Below are positions 10,361 through 22,300 of a stretch of 64,000 bases of DNA, piece after piece. How positions within the stretch are numbered: position 1 is the stretch's first letter; the number at the start of each line of letters is the position of its first letter. The DNA comes from Phoronis australis (taxonomy: Eukaryota; Animalia; Phoronida): positions 767,329 through 831,328 of the forward strand of contig NMRA01000038.1 of the NCBI GenBank assembly GCA_002633005.1. Direction: 5' to 3'. The translations under genes were made by a program, and so were the position numbers. Below the pieces are notes generated by a model. The model saw only the letters and a list, made by a program, of their open reading frames with translations, made no database searches and was not told the origin of the DNA.

Positions 10361-12799
10361 CTACATACTGACATCTTACATGTGCAGGAAACTTGGCTGG
10401 CACCTGAAATTTTAAATGAGGAAGTAAATATCCCTGGCTATGTTGTTGAGAGATTGGATGGAGCAGGTGATAGACACTGAGGAGTAGACACATGTCAAGA
10501 ATAATATACCTTATATCAGGAGAAAAGAGCTTGAACATGATGGTCTAGAAGCATTGTGTTTGCAGAATGAGTTTAATGGTGCACGACCTATCATTGTTGC
10601 TAATGTTTACAGACCCCCTAGGGCAACTCTTGCTGAGTGGCTCACTGATTTTGAGTCATCCCTGTGTAAACTTTAGAATGAGGACCATGAGATGATACTC
10701 ATGGGTGATTGTAATGTAAATTTTAACGACAGAGATTAAAATGGGCTAATTGAGCTTATGCGAACTAAAAACCTGAGACAAATTTTTGATGAACACAAAT
10801 AAGTTCCCCATTGTGTGGAAGACAGCAAAAGTCTCACCACTCCACAAAAGTGGTGGCACTTCTGATGTCAATAACTACTGGCCTATATCTGTGTTGCCTA
10901 TTCTCTCTAAAGTTATTAAAAAACACGTGCACAGTTCATTTTACAAGTATTTAAATGAACAGGGTATTTTTAGTGCAGCTCAGTCTGGTTTCAGAGAAAG
11001 TCATTCATGCGAGACTGCTCTCTTAAACATTGTTGATAACTGGGCAAAACAAATTTTTAATGGCCTTATGACTGGCATTTTGTTAATTGATTTTAAGATA
11101 ACGTTTGATTTAGGAGACCATGAGATTTTTATTAGGGAATTGTCTCTTTATAATGTATCTGTGGAGGCACTTTCATGGTTCAAGTTTTATTTACATAAGA
11201 GAGCCCAATTGGTATCCGAGGGGGGCAAACTTTCGAGTCCACTTGAAATAACACACGGAGTACCCCAGGGATCTATACTGGGTCCTCTCCTATTTTTAAT
11301 TTTTATAAATGATCTACCACTGTACATGAATGCTCGAACTGATATATATGCGGATGATTCCAGTCTTCATTATACCAGTAACTGTATTGGGGATATTGAG
11401 CATACACTGCAGAATGACTTAAACAGTGTTGAAGCGTGGTGTAACGACAATAAAATGATAATTAATATAAAGAAAACCAAATATATGTGTCTTGCTTCAA
11501 AGCAAAAAAAGGACTAGAAACCAAATACAACTTAATCTTTTTATGTCTGGTGAGAGACTTGAGGAAGTCACTAGTGAGAAATTATTAGGAGTTAAAATTG
11601 ATAATAGTTTATCTTGGGAATCCCGCGTCTCTTAATACAGTGGGTAAAATTAGACAAAGGTTGGGATCATTGAAGCGAATTGAGCAATTTTTACCAATCG
11701 AGGGTAGAATTGAAATTTTCAATGCATGTATTTTGCCACATTTCACTTACTGAAGCTCTGTATGGTCGGGTTGTTGCACTACTAGTATGGATAAATTTGT
11801 CAACAAACTCAGAAGCAGGCTGTAAGAATTATTCTTGGTAACTATGAGGCACCATCTGTGACTTTGTTTGCAAATATTCGGTGGATGCCAATTAATAAAT
11901 ATTATGTTTTCCGCAGACTGTGCATGATTTTTAAATGTCTCCATGAGGATGTTTCCCAGTATTTAGCTAATGAATTATCTCTAGTACGTAATAAACATTC
12001 GAGACATACCCGATACTCAAATGCTGGCAATTTAGTTGTACCAAACTACAAAACATCCAAGTACAGATGTACTTTCTTTGTAGATGGAGTGATTGCCTGG
12101 AATGGTTTACCATTAGCTATTCAATCAATTACTGTTAAACGTGCATTTAGAAGTAACTTAATAACTTATTTATTATCTAATTAACTGTATATCTGCATGC
12201 ATGTCAAAAATTGTATATATTAATTAACTTATTTCGTTTTTCATTCATCTGTACATATCATTGTTCATGTTATTTGTATATTTATTTTATTTATCTATTT
12301 GTAATTTCGAGGACCATGTGGTAGATAAGTTTTACACTTAACATGTTTTTATCCTCAATAAATAAAATTATTTATTATTATTATTATTATTATTATCATT
12401 ATTATTGTTATTAGACTAGGGAAGATCTGATAATAGAATACATAGCTCACGCGCGGGAGCAGACATACAAGGGCTAGAGTTTTATGTTTTAGGCCTACTA
12501 AACCCGCGCCCTGGTCCAACAAAACCAGGCTTTTGGCCTATAAACCACGTTGGTGAATTGCCAGTTATGTCTAAAATTAGACCTGGTTTTAATGACCAGG
12601 ACACGTTCCCTGCAATACATTTTTGTCCTTTTTGAGGTTTCAGACCGTCACACAATCTAACTAAACAAGCACTTATTTTGAAAATAATTGAAGAATTTTG
12701 AATTTTAAAGAAATTTAATGATTCTTTGGTTTCCCGCCACGTGATGTCATCAGTGGAAGAAGTTGATCAGTTAACATATGCAATGGTGGATAGTAGTGA

Positions 12800-14000
12800 T
12801 TTCTTATATATATTTATTATTATTATTGATGAACAAGCACAAAAACAAGTACATCCATTCATTCACGCATGCTCACCTCAGGAAAGACTATTCTCGTATA
12901 TCGTATAAACTAAACAACATCTACTTGGAGTTAACGTGAACAATAAAATTTTCCAATTTCCCAGAAAAGCTGTCATACTCAAAATTTTTATATGCAATTA
13001 ATTTTCCAGCATTATAGTACTCATGATTATATGTAACAAACTTGTGAATATCAGTTATATTTTTGTTACATCTCTCCTTATAAACGTACTGCTTGGAAAG
13101 TTTAATGAGCCACTTTTGCAGTAGTTTTCTGAAATCCCTCCAAAATCTTGTATAGGGCGACATTCCCCAAAAAAGGTGTGACAGCGTCTCTGGAGCTTTA
13201 TTACGAAATGAACATAAATTAGAATCTCGAACTTGGATTTTGACTAAAAAAGTATTTGTTGCAATAATCCTGTGTAATATTCTAAATTGGAACCATCTAA
13301 TGTTGGGATCCTTTGTAATTTCAAAAGGCATTGCGTATATTTTCTTCCAATCTAAACTACATCCTTACTGTATTTCCCATTTACAATCTGATTTAGAAGG
13401 TTTTTTGATGTCGCTAAAGATAGAACAAATATGCCTACAATCCTTCACATCCTTCCGTAAGTGAATAATTGCTAACGGCATGCAAGCATAGATATTAACA
13501 TTTTTAAATTTACTTGAAATAGACTTTTTTGAAACCTTCTTAGAACAGAAAGAACGGCAATATATTTTGTGAAGTTGGTTTCTACATGGAACCCGTTTAT
13601 CATACGGTCTAAACTAACAAAATCGTCATCAGAGGTATACACATCTCTAAAAAATCTTAAGCCTTTTACAAACCAAGGCTTATAAAAACACTTCTGCCGC
13701 CGATCCCCAGTTTACTATTCAACCACAAAGATTAATTCAAAAATTCTTCTTTACTTGCAACGATTATTTTCTCAGAGAAAGTTGTCATACTTCCAAATAC
13801 GACGGGCCAATTGGAATTATCAATTCTAGTCGACTTCGACTTAATACAGACTTCTCCAATTGAAGCAAAATTCGTTAAAAACGAGTAGAGTGAGTAAAGT
13901 AACTGACCATTTTTAGACTCGGGGCTTTCAAGATATCTACGGACTATGCCGAATAAAACTTTGCTGAAACCATTTGAAGTCCCCTTGAACATACTAGCCG
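12800..14000 (-). mobile_element. Decayed 5'-truncated Tx1/L1-clade LINE fragment (ORF2 C-terminal part)
   Basis: ORF 12921-13331 has TKDPNIRWFQFRILHRIIATN...CSF...ETLSHLFW, homologous to the C-terminal zinc-knuckle region of the 19697 ORF2. Upstream frames also match, with frameshifts. Confidence 0.85.
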
Positions 14001-14012
14001 CATTATTCTAAA

Positions 14013-14105
14013 ACCCACTCAACCTCCACACCCCTCGACTCCCGACCACCTCGACCCACAACCCCCTCAACCCACAAGGACCTCGACCCACCACTTACAT
14101 TACCC
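14013..14105. repeat. Degenerate C-rich short tandem repeats (cctcgacccac-like)
   Basis: Repeated cctcgaccca/cctcaaccca units, probably subterminal repeats of a MITE. Confidence 0.5.
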
Positions 14106-15629
14106 AAAGTCAGGTTCGGCTCCATCAGATTATCGACTCACTTTTGGCTTCGCTGGGTCTGCACAACTGTACAAACGGGCACAACTAGCAGCAGACAGCC
14201 ACACGTTTCAAACGCACCATAAACAAGGCGTACATAATCGAACCAGGAACAATGCAACTTTTCTGAGAGAAAGGGCAGACGGACCTCCGAAGCACCGAAA
14301 ACAGACCGATACTTATTTCGTCCCAGAACAGGACAGGAATGCCGAGGATGGACAGGAATCACGAACTATTTTTTTCAGTTTGGCGGATCAGAGCGCGACT
14401 ACAGCTGTCTGCACGTGACCTACTGTGCGGAGCCAGAGGGCACACTAATGAGTTCGTCCGCTGTAACAATGTCTCATGCAACAAAACGCAAAGCTCGAAT
14501 TTGTTGCATCAAGACATGGGCTGTGTAGCACTGAAATAAGTGGGAGGCTGTAGCCCCCAGCCTACTATGGTGCGCCGCCCATGCAAGATTATTTTTCAAA
14601 ATAGGTAAAATACGTTAATCGCCTTTAACGATAGCCCCATACCTGACACTGAATAATTACCATAAAGAAACAAAATCGGTAACAATGAAGCATGAATCAA
14701 GATCGTTCAACTGAGAATTGCACTGATTTTATCTCGGACTCTTGTTCGGAGCTTTTTCATAAAAGTCACAAACACACGTGATAATGTAATCTGGATTAAA
14801 GGGCATGTTCTCAATATGTGCAAACACAAAATTAAACACTACACCCCATAGTATAAATGTTTACATTTTAAAATGTTAAGTTCCATTGATTCCTTTTTGT
14901 ATCTGAGATGTTTCACATTTTTCTGCACCTTGGGGTCCAAGACTTATGCTTAAAAATTGAATATATGCCATTAGTTGTGCATTAATAAGTATTTCTGCAG
15001 TGGCGGTTTAATTTGTATGCAAATTTTATCTAAATCTGAGTGAAGAAAAAATTCTTAAACGTTTCAGACACAAAGGATATCTGCTCTAAGTGAAATTCCT
15101 TTTTTAAAGTAGACATATTCATACATACAAATAGTGTTCTCCACAATGTCTGACATAAAAAATCAATAGTTAAACATCCAAAACTTCATAAATTCTCTAG
15201 ATAAAAGGATGATGGCAAATTCCTGTTATAATTTGTAATTAGTCACTGTTTACATATGGAATATGGCTGAAAACTCCTGTCAGTTATGTACATTGTGCTC
15301 AACTAACAAACCGTACGTTGATTATATTTACTTAAATCGTTATTAACATTTCGACCAGTTCAGCCTGTGAAGGGGGTAATAACATTGTTGAATCACATGG
15401 AACCAGTGCTGGAGCTGCTCCTAGTATTTAAAAGAACTTTACGACACTTATTTTCAACGTTTACTGGGACAATATTGACATTTCTGTGCACTTTGACCAT
15501 ACAGCTGTGATATTGACGTATCAGCCCTGACTGCGCTCAGAAAAGAGAGATCTGTTAGTGCAAGGGAACAGAAATGATGCGATAATTTGGTAAAACATAA
15601 TCACACATTTTGTTTGATTCATAGGTCCA

Positions 15630-16000
15630 ATGAAAGGAGCAAGAGTGCAAAGAAGGGGAGACAATCCCTTACAGGCAGTGGTAGATTTTTGTGAGGGGGG
15701 GACTTTGTCAATCGAACCTCAGATGTCAAACTGCCACTGTCATAGAAGGTCTTCTATTAGAAACTATGACAAACAGAGAAATTGCCTATCTCAAAAACAT
15801 TCTTGCCAAAGTCGGTTCACATTGGAGGCGAAGCTTCTATTAGAGAGATATATCTGTTGGAGAATAGGCATTCCTCAATTTCGGCATTCTTGTAAACCCT
15901 CAACTTTGAAGAGAAACCCCAAAGATATGCAATGTCGTCTTTGATAGCCACTAAGGACTTCGGTTCATGTTTTGGGTGGAATTTCTTGGCTCTTCTATAG
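15630..16000 (+). pseudogene. Possible Tc1-type transposase relic
   Basis: Frameshifted traces resembling Tc1 motifs (QW..F..E..F, ..SD, VHIGG..., QRY); very degraded. Confidence 0.25.
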
Positions 16001-18295
16001 GACAAATGATATTGCTAGTGAAACACAATAAAACCAAGGGCTGAGTAAGGTTCATGGATTAAACCAACAAAAATATCTACCAACGTTAAGCTGATTTATT
16101 TTAGTTTGAAATTTCGTTTTTGACTTAATTGACGCTGTATACGAGTTGCAACAGTTGAACCTCCCATTTCACTGTACATATGTTTCTATTTTTGAAAAAT
16201 GAAATTCAAAGATTTTGCAGGAGAAAACATCACCATTTTTTCTCTCACCAGTGATTGAATTAATTAATACAAATTACAGAAATGCACTAAATTCTTTGAT
16301 ATTTACATGGTCACGTGGGCAGCGTGACATATTCTATCCAGATTCCAGCCTTACTTCAGGACTATATAGGGTGACTCTATTCTCTAGCTCTCATGTTGAG
16401 GGTAATTATTGTTTCTTGTCAGATCATATTTAAAACTTGAAAATTTGAAACTGTCTTGGGTGTACTTTTCGATTTTATTTTTAAGGACATGAAAATCAAT
16501 GGAAAAAATTAAGTCTGAATAGATGAGTAAAATTTGTGTAGTTAGGTTTTTGAATTTTCGAACTTGGTGAATTAATAACCTTCAGCTATAGAAAGCTGGT
16601 TCCTATCATGGCTTATATTCTAATTACACTAAATGCGTCACTTACGTGCGAGATATTTGTACCGCTTTTATTTACACGCTACTATTACATGTACTTATAA
16701 TTTGCATTTGAAAAATTATGAAAACAGGAACTGAAGAGCCGTGGTTATTATCTTTGTCTTTTCAAGTATGATTAAGATCTTCGCTTCAAGCGTTTCCATT
16801 AAAGCTTTTACTGGCTGAAAACGAAATTCGAGTTCGGTATTTTACTCTCATCAAATCAGTGTCGTTATAAGCATTATCGTGAAAAGATTCCATTTCCGTT
16901 ACTATCGAAACCATCCGCGTCTGGAGTAAAGGCTACAGAGAACACTTTAGGGGACACAAAACAGTTGTCGCTGGGTTTTGCTTAGCAGAACACACATCAA
17001 TGGAGTTTTCAGTTCCCTCAGTCGAAAATCTTGGGCAAAGAATGAAAAATGAGTCATTTAACATCACAAGCCGTATAGAATAGATGAGCGCAGACACTTT
17101 AATCTGCTTTACATTTATGGAACTGTTACTCCTACTGAAAAGTAAGGTATGCTAAAGAAAAAAGGACAAATATGCAGTGTCGATTTTCACCCCAAAATCA
17201 ACACTTTCCTGTCAAAGCCGACATTAAATTCCGAAACCTAGTTTCCTGCAGATTCCAAGATTGTGATAAAAAATTACTTTCAATCAACTGTTTCTTTTCG
17301 CAGTTCTGGCTTGTTTGAGGGCAGGCATACAACAGGGGACAGGTACAGTCGAGCAAGTGGGGGAAAGGTACTGGTTTCGTACCACTTAAGGATGCGCCTC
17401 TCTGTACGCCAAGCTGAACTAGCCACGGAATCAGGAGCTTTCTCATAGCGATTAGTGGCTTCACACGTACAACCACACATGTGATTTAGAAGAACAATGA
17501 TCATATTTTAGCTTCAAAACGCGGTTGTAGAAAAGTCAATAAAAGTACCATTCACGTGACCGGTTTTCTAATTCGTACCTTTCAGACATCAGGATCGTAC
17601 CAGTGGTACTATACTAATAACTATGAATATTTTACGAATCAAAGATGAAAAAGGAAACAGTGCAAACAGACAAACCTTTTATTGGCAACATAGAAACATA
17701 TGGTAATTAACAAACAACGTTTCGATATAACTCGAACGCGCACCACCGTCTTCTTAAATCTGTGCTAACAGACCACCACAAACATAACAAACCAGCTCAA
17801 AGATAACAAAATGGATCAGTCAACTATACCTATGTTACATATTTAAACTGGCTGGTTTACGTATTTTAAGAAGTGTCTCCGTCGGAATCACAATTATGAC
17901 AAACATAAATCTATGCCCTCGCTGGTCCTCAGTGCATTTCATGTGGGCCCATCGTTTACAACGAACAGGTTCGACCCACTCCAAGCCAGATTTGTTCGTT
18001 TTGTCCAAAACGTATCGTCAGCTTCGCTATCTGACTAACTAACATCTTGGTGGCGTTTTCTCTGCCTGGCTTACGGCTTTTTCTGAACTTTCTTCGACTT
18101 TTAACTAACTTTCTTTCGACACCCACCAGCTTTTCTTTACATTCCATTCTATACGAGCTGCTGGTAAATATTCGTGACTGAGTCGCCGAGTGACGCGAGC
18201 GATGCATTGTATTTAATGCATTTGGTAGAGAAGAAACGTCAGACACTGGTATATTTTGTCAAGGAACAACTGCGTTCTTTAAATTAAAAGCTTCG

Positions 18296-18721
18296 TATCA
18301 GGATTTTCCGTAAATAAGCCCACCCGACGAAACGCTCATGGGCTTTTATTCGGAAAATTATGCCGTTGGTGTTACAACTTCTGGTGTCAAGTGTTTAGAT
18401 AATGAGGGAGCTTGTTCAAAGAAATTCTTCTTAAAAGCCCACTTAGCAGCACTTTTTGTCTCAAATTTAGTTTTGTGGAACATTTGTCATTTACAAAAAC
18501 GAATAAAAGGTTGGCGAACTATGCATTTTATTATTAACATAAAATTTAAAAACACAATTTTAAGTAAAAAATGTCAAAGTCAGCAAAGCTACGACTTTCC
18601 GTTTGCAAGCCCCCCCCTTTCTAAATAAACGCCCAGACGTTTATTTGGTGTTACTAAAACACCTGAAAATTTTCATTTCCCTAATACACGCCTATGGGCT
18701 TATCTACGGAAAATCCCGGTA
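18296..18721. mobile_element. TA-flanked MITE (Tc1/pogo-type TIRs)
   Basis: tatcaggattttccgtaaataagccca ... tgggcttatctacggaaaatcccggta: ~27-bp imperfect TIRs with TA at both ends. Confidence 0.75.
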
Positions 18722-19182
18722 GTGGCCATTATCACCGTTTCTGGTAAACTGAGGTCTGGATGTCATAAAGCTGTAGTACCAGGTTTTATTGGCAGACTGT
18801 TTGGTTTCGCTAAATTTATGGATGTCATGGGATTTTGCCAATTGATATGCAAGTTTCATACGATCTTTTGGTGTGATACAAAAGAAAAGATTGTCAAGAC
18901 CTTTTATACGTTTCACCAAATACTTTACGTACTTATTCAGACCCATGCGGTGACGGCAATAGTTGGCTTTGGGATACCAAATAGCTCAGAAACAGCATTA
19001 AATCCCAATCCTTCATCCATAGCTTTGAGTCAGTTGTGTATGTCTTGCGATGTCCACGAAGACGGATGGAATTTTCCTGAAAGCAAAAAAAAAATAAATG
19101 AGTACTTAAAAGCAAGAAAAACAGCACACTAGCCCACACAGAACCTACGTTTTGTGTATCGTACCTCTTGGTTACATGCACC

Positions 19183-19313
19183 GTACCCCAGGTACCATAC
19201 CCGTGTACGGTACCCTGGGTACCATACCCGTGTACGGTACCCCGGGTACCATACCCGTGTACGGTACCCCGTGTACCATACCCGTGTACGGTACCCCGGG
19301 TACTATACCCGTG
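19183..19313. repeat. 27-bp tandem repeat, about 4.8 copies (GGTACCATACCCGTGTACGGTACCCYG)
   Basis: Units start at 19191, 19218, 19245, 19272 and 19299; near-identical, no spacers. Confidence 0.93.
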
Positions 19314-19340
19314 ACCTTTCCTTTTTTCCAGGTCTTCATA

Positions 19341-22300
19341 TTTTTTTAATATTTTGCTTCTAGCCTTTGTAGTGCAAGTACCATTTTATCATTTGCTGTT
19401 AGATTAGCGTTGTTTCATTGCATGGGTCACAATTCGCTTTACGAGTTGTCTCTGATGAATAAAGTACAATCGGTAACATACATACGGGCAACTAAATGGT
19501 GTCTTATACCCGTTGAACACTTAGTGTCGATATGTTTCACTGAATGTTTCATCAGAAAAATGAATTATTTATATTGGTTTAGGGTTCTTGTGGTTTCGGT
19601 TGTTTTTAGGATGTTTAGAACACACAATGTGATTCTTTTTGTATTTAATGAGCAATGTTGTATGGTTGAGTTTAGAAGTGCCTTAATTATCTTTGTATGG
19701 CGAACAATTTAAAAATTGCGTCTTTTAACTGTAGAGGTCTAGGAACTCTGTCAAAAAGACGAGATGTTTTCCATTATATAAGGCAGCGTGCGTACAGTAT
19801 TTTCTGCCTACAAGATACTCACTTTACTGTTGCGGAAGAACCCATAATTCGAGCTCAGTGGGGATATGACTGTTTTTTCAGCCATGGTCGAAGTGATGCC
19901 AGGGGTGTTGCCATCTTATTTAATAGTAATTTTGAATTTAAAGTTCTATCTTTCACTTCGGATACTGCAGGAAATCTCCTAATTTTAGAGCTTGAAGTAA
20001 ATAACTGTTTTTCTATTGTGTTGGTGAATATTTATGGACCAAACAAAGATAGCCCTCAATTTTTTAATGACATTTCACAGAAAATCGCCAGTTACAATAA
20101 CGATTTTGTTGTTGTTTGTGGCGATTTTAATTTGGTCCAAGATTTTCACCTTGATTGTCATAATTATATCTCCGTAAATAACCCTAAAGCGCGTGACCAA
20201 ATGCTGGAGATGAAGGTGGCTCTTGATCTGACGGACCCATGGCGCGTTTATCATCCCTCAGCGAAAAAGTTTACATGGTCCAGGACAAATCCAGTTAAAA
20301 AGGCTAGGTTAGATTATTTTCTTGTTACCCAACAATTACTCTCGCGTATCGAAAAGGTGGAAATACAGTCGGGCTACCGATCGGACCATAACAACGTCGT
20401 CTTAACTATACAATTAACTACGTTCAAAAAGGGACCGGGGTTTTGGAAATTTAATAACTCACTGCTAAAAGACAAAGAATATATTAATCTCGTCAAGAAT
20501 GAGATTTTGTGTACGAAAAAACAATATGCTCTTCCAGTATACGATTTGAACAAAATACAAGCAATTGACTCTAATAATCTTCAGTTTTATATATCTGATC
20601 AATTGTTTTTGGAGACGTTATTGTTAAATATTCGAACGGCAACTATTCCGTATTGTATCTATCAGAAAAAAGAAAAAAATAGAAAAGGAAAAGACTTGGA
20701 AGAACAGTTAATGTCCTTACAAGATAGGTTCAATGAGAGTGACGATCCTGAAATTGCTGTTCTATTGGAAAATAAGAAGTCAGAATATGAGGATTATCGC
20801 AGAGAATACATGCATGGAGTAATGGTCAGATCGAGAGCCAACTGGGTTGAAAATGGCGAAAAACCAACCAAATATTTTTGTGCATTAGAAAAACGAAATT
20901 TTGTAAATAAGAATGTAACTAAGCTAATAAGCTCCAACAACGCTGTTATCAAGGAACAATCCGCTATCCTCTCGGAGATTACTTCTTTTTATAAAAATTT
21001 ATACTCCTGTAAAGACGGCGACCTTGTTGATGTTAATTTAAATGAACGTTTGGCATCGTGCCCAATGCCTAAATTGAACCAGTCGAACCGAGTCGAACTT
21101 GAAAAATTTATCACTTTGGAGGAAATTCATGCAACTCTGAAAGATTTAAAAAACAACAAAAGTCCTGGACCAGATGGTTTCACTGTAGAATTTTTTAAAT
21201 TTTTTTGGCCAGACCTTAAATATTACTTGTTCCGATCTTTTAAAGAAGGTATTAATAAAGGAGAATTATCTATATCGCAAAAACAGGGTATTATCTCAAT
21301 AATACCAAAAGAAAATAAACCAAGAGAATTCATAAAAAATTGGCGTCCAATTTCACTATTGAATATTACTTACAAACTTTTGTCTGGTTGTATTGCTAGA
21401 CGCCTAAAAGGCGTCCTCGGACCCCTTATTCACGAGAACCAACAAGGTTTCATGAAAGGCAGATATATTGGGGAAAACATAAGAATTTTATATGATGTAA
21501 TTCAATTTTTAGACTGTAAACCCTTTCCCGGACTCCTGTTAATGATCGATTTTGAAAAAGCTTTCGACTCGGTCTCCTGGTCTTTCATCCTCAAGGCATT
21601 ATCATACTTTAACTTTGGCCCAAGGTTCATTGACACGGTCAAAACACTCTACAACAAATCTTGTCTCTGTGTTCTCCAACATGGATTTTTCTCTGAATTT
21701 TTTGAAATGGGGAGAGGCTGTCGTCAAGGAGACCCCATTTCTCCTTACCTTTTTTTATTATGTGTAGAAATATTGGGTAATTTAATTCGTCGGGATGGTG
21801 GCATCACTGGTGTCAGGATAGGTGTTTCTGAGTTTAAATTGATCCAGTACGCTGACGACACTTGTTTGATTTTGGACGGTTCTGAGTTATCTCTAAGATC
21901 ATCTTTGAATTTAATTGACCAATTTGCGAAATTTTCTGGTTTGAAGCCAAACATCGAGAAAACAAGATGTGTTTGGATTGGTTCAAAAAAAGACTCTCAC
22001 GAAAAACTTTGTGTCAATGAGAACCTGTTATGGACCAACAAACCTTTCATGTTTTTGGGAATTAACTTCTCCACTGATTATAATACAATGCCGGGTATTA
22101 ACTATAGTTGCAGGTTTTTGGAAATTAAGAAAATGGTGGGCTCTTGGTCAAGACGAATTCTTACTGTTTTAGGTAAAATAACCGTGGTTAAGACACTTTT
22201 ATTGCCCAAGATTGTTCATTTGCTTCAATCCCTCCCTAGCCCCTCCATTGACATGATTCAAGAATTAGAGCGAGTTTTTTTTGGCTTCATTTGGAATGGG

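Larger units (their letters stand above)
7740..12413 (+). mobile_element. Decayed CR1/L2-group LINE (APE endonuclease + RT), internally deleted and split by the Gypsy insertion
   Basis: GLKFFTWNVGSLYYKLPEVIYTISELH (from 7761) continues in frame as TDILHVQETWL after the LTR element. RT motifs WKTAKV, QSGFR, GVPQGSILGPLLF and YADD lie in 10786-11517, with C-terminal fragments to 12184. Ends with AATAAA + (TTA)n at 12357-12413. Several stops and frameshifts. Confidence 0.88.
17850..19313 (-). mobile_element. Decayed pogo/Tigger-like DNA transposon (psq-HTH, CENP-B HTH, C-terminal PHD-like finger; DDE core missing)
   Basis: Minus-strand fragments: GLGFNAVSELFGIPKPT (HTH), LVKRIKGLDNLFFCITPKDRMKLAYQLA...WYYSFM (CENP-B HTH), RIFTSSSYRMECKEK, and LEWV...CKRWAHMKC (PHD-like). 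Confidence 0.7.

Noticed and set aside
19183-19313. 27-bp repeats as a CRISPR array, or the 65/69-aa repeat ORFs as genes
   Set aside because: Units are contiguous with no unique spacers, there are no cas genes, and the context is eukaryotic; the ORFs are a by-product of a repeat length divisible by three.
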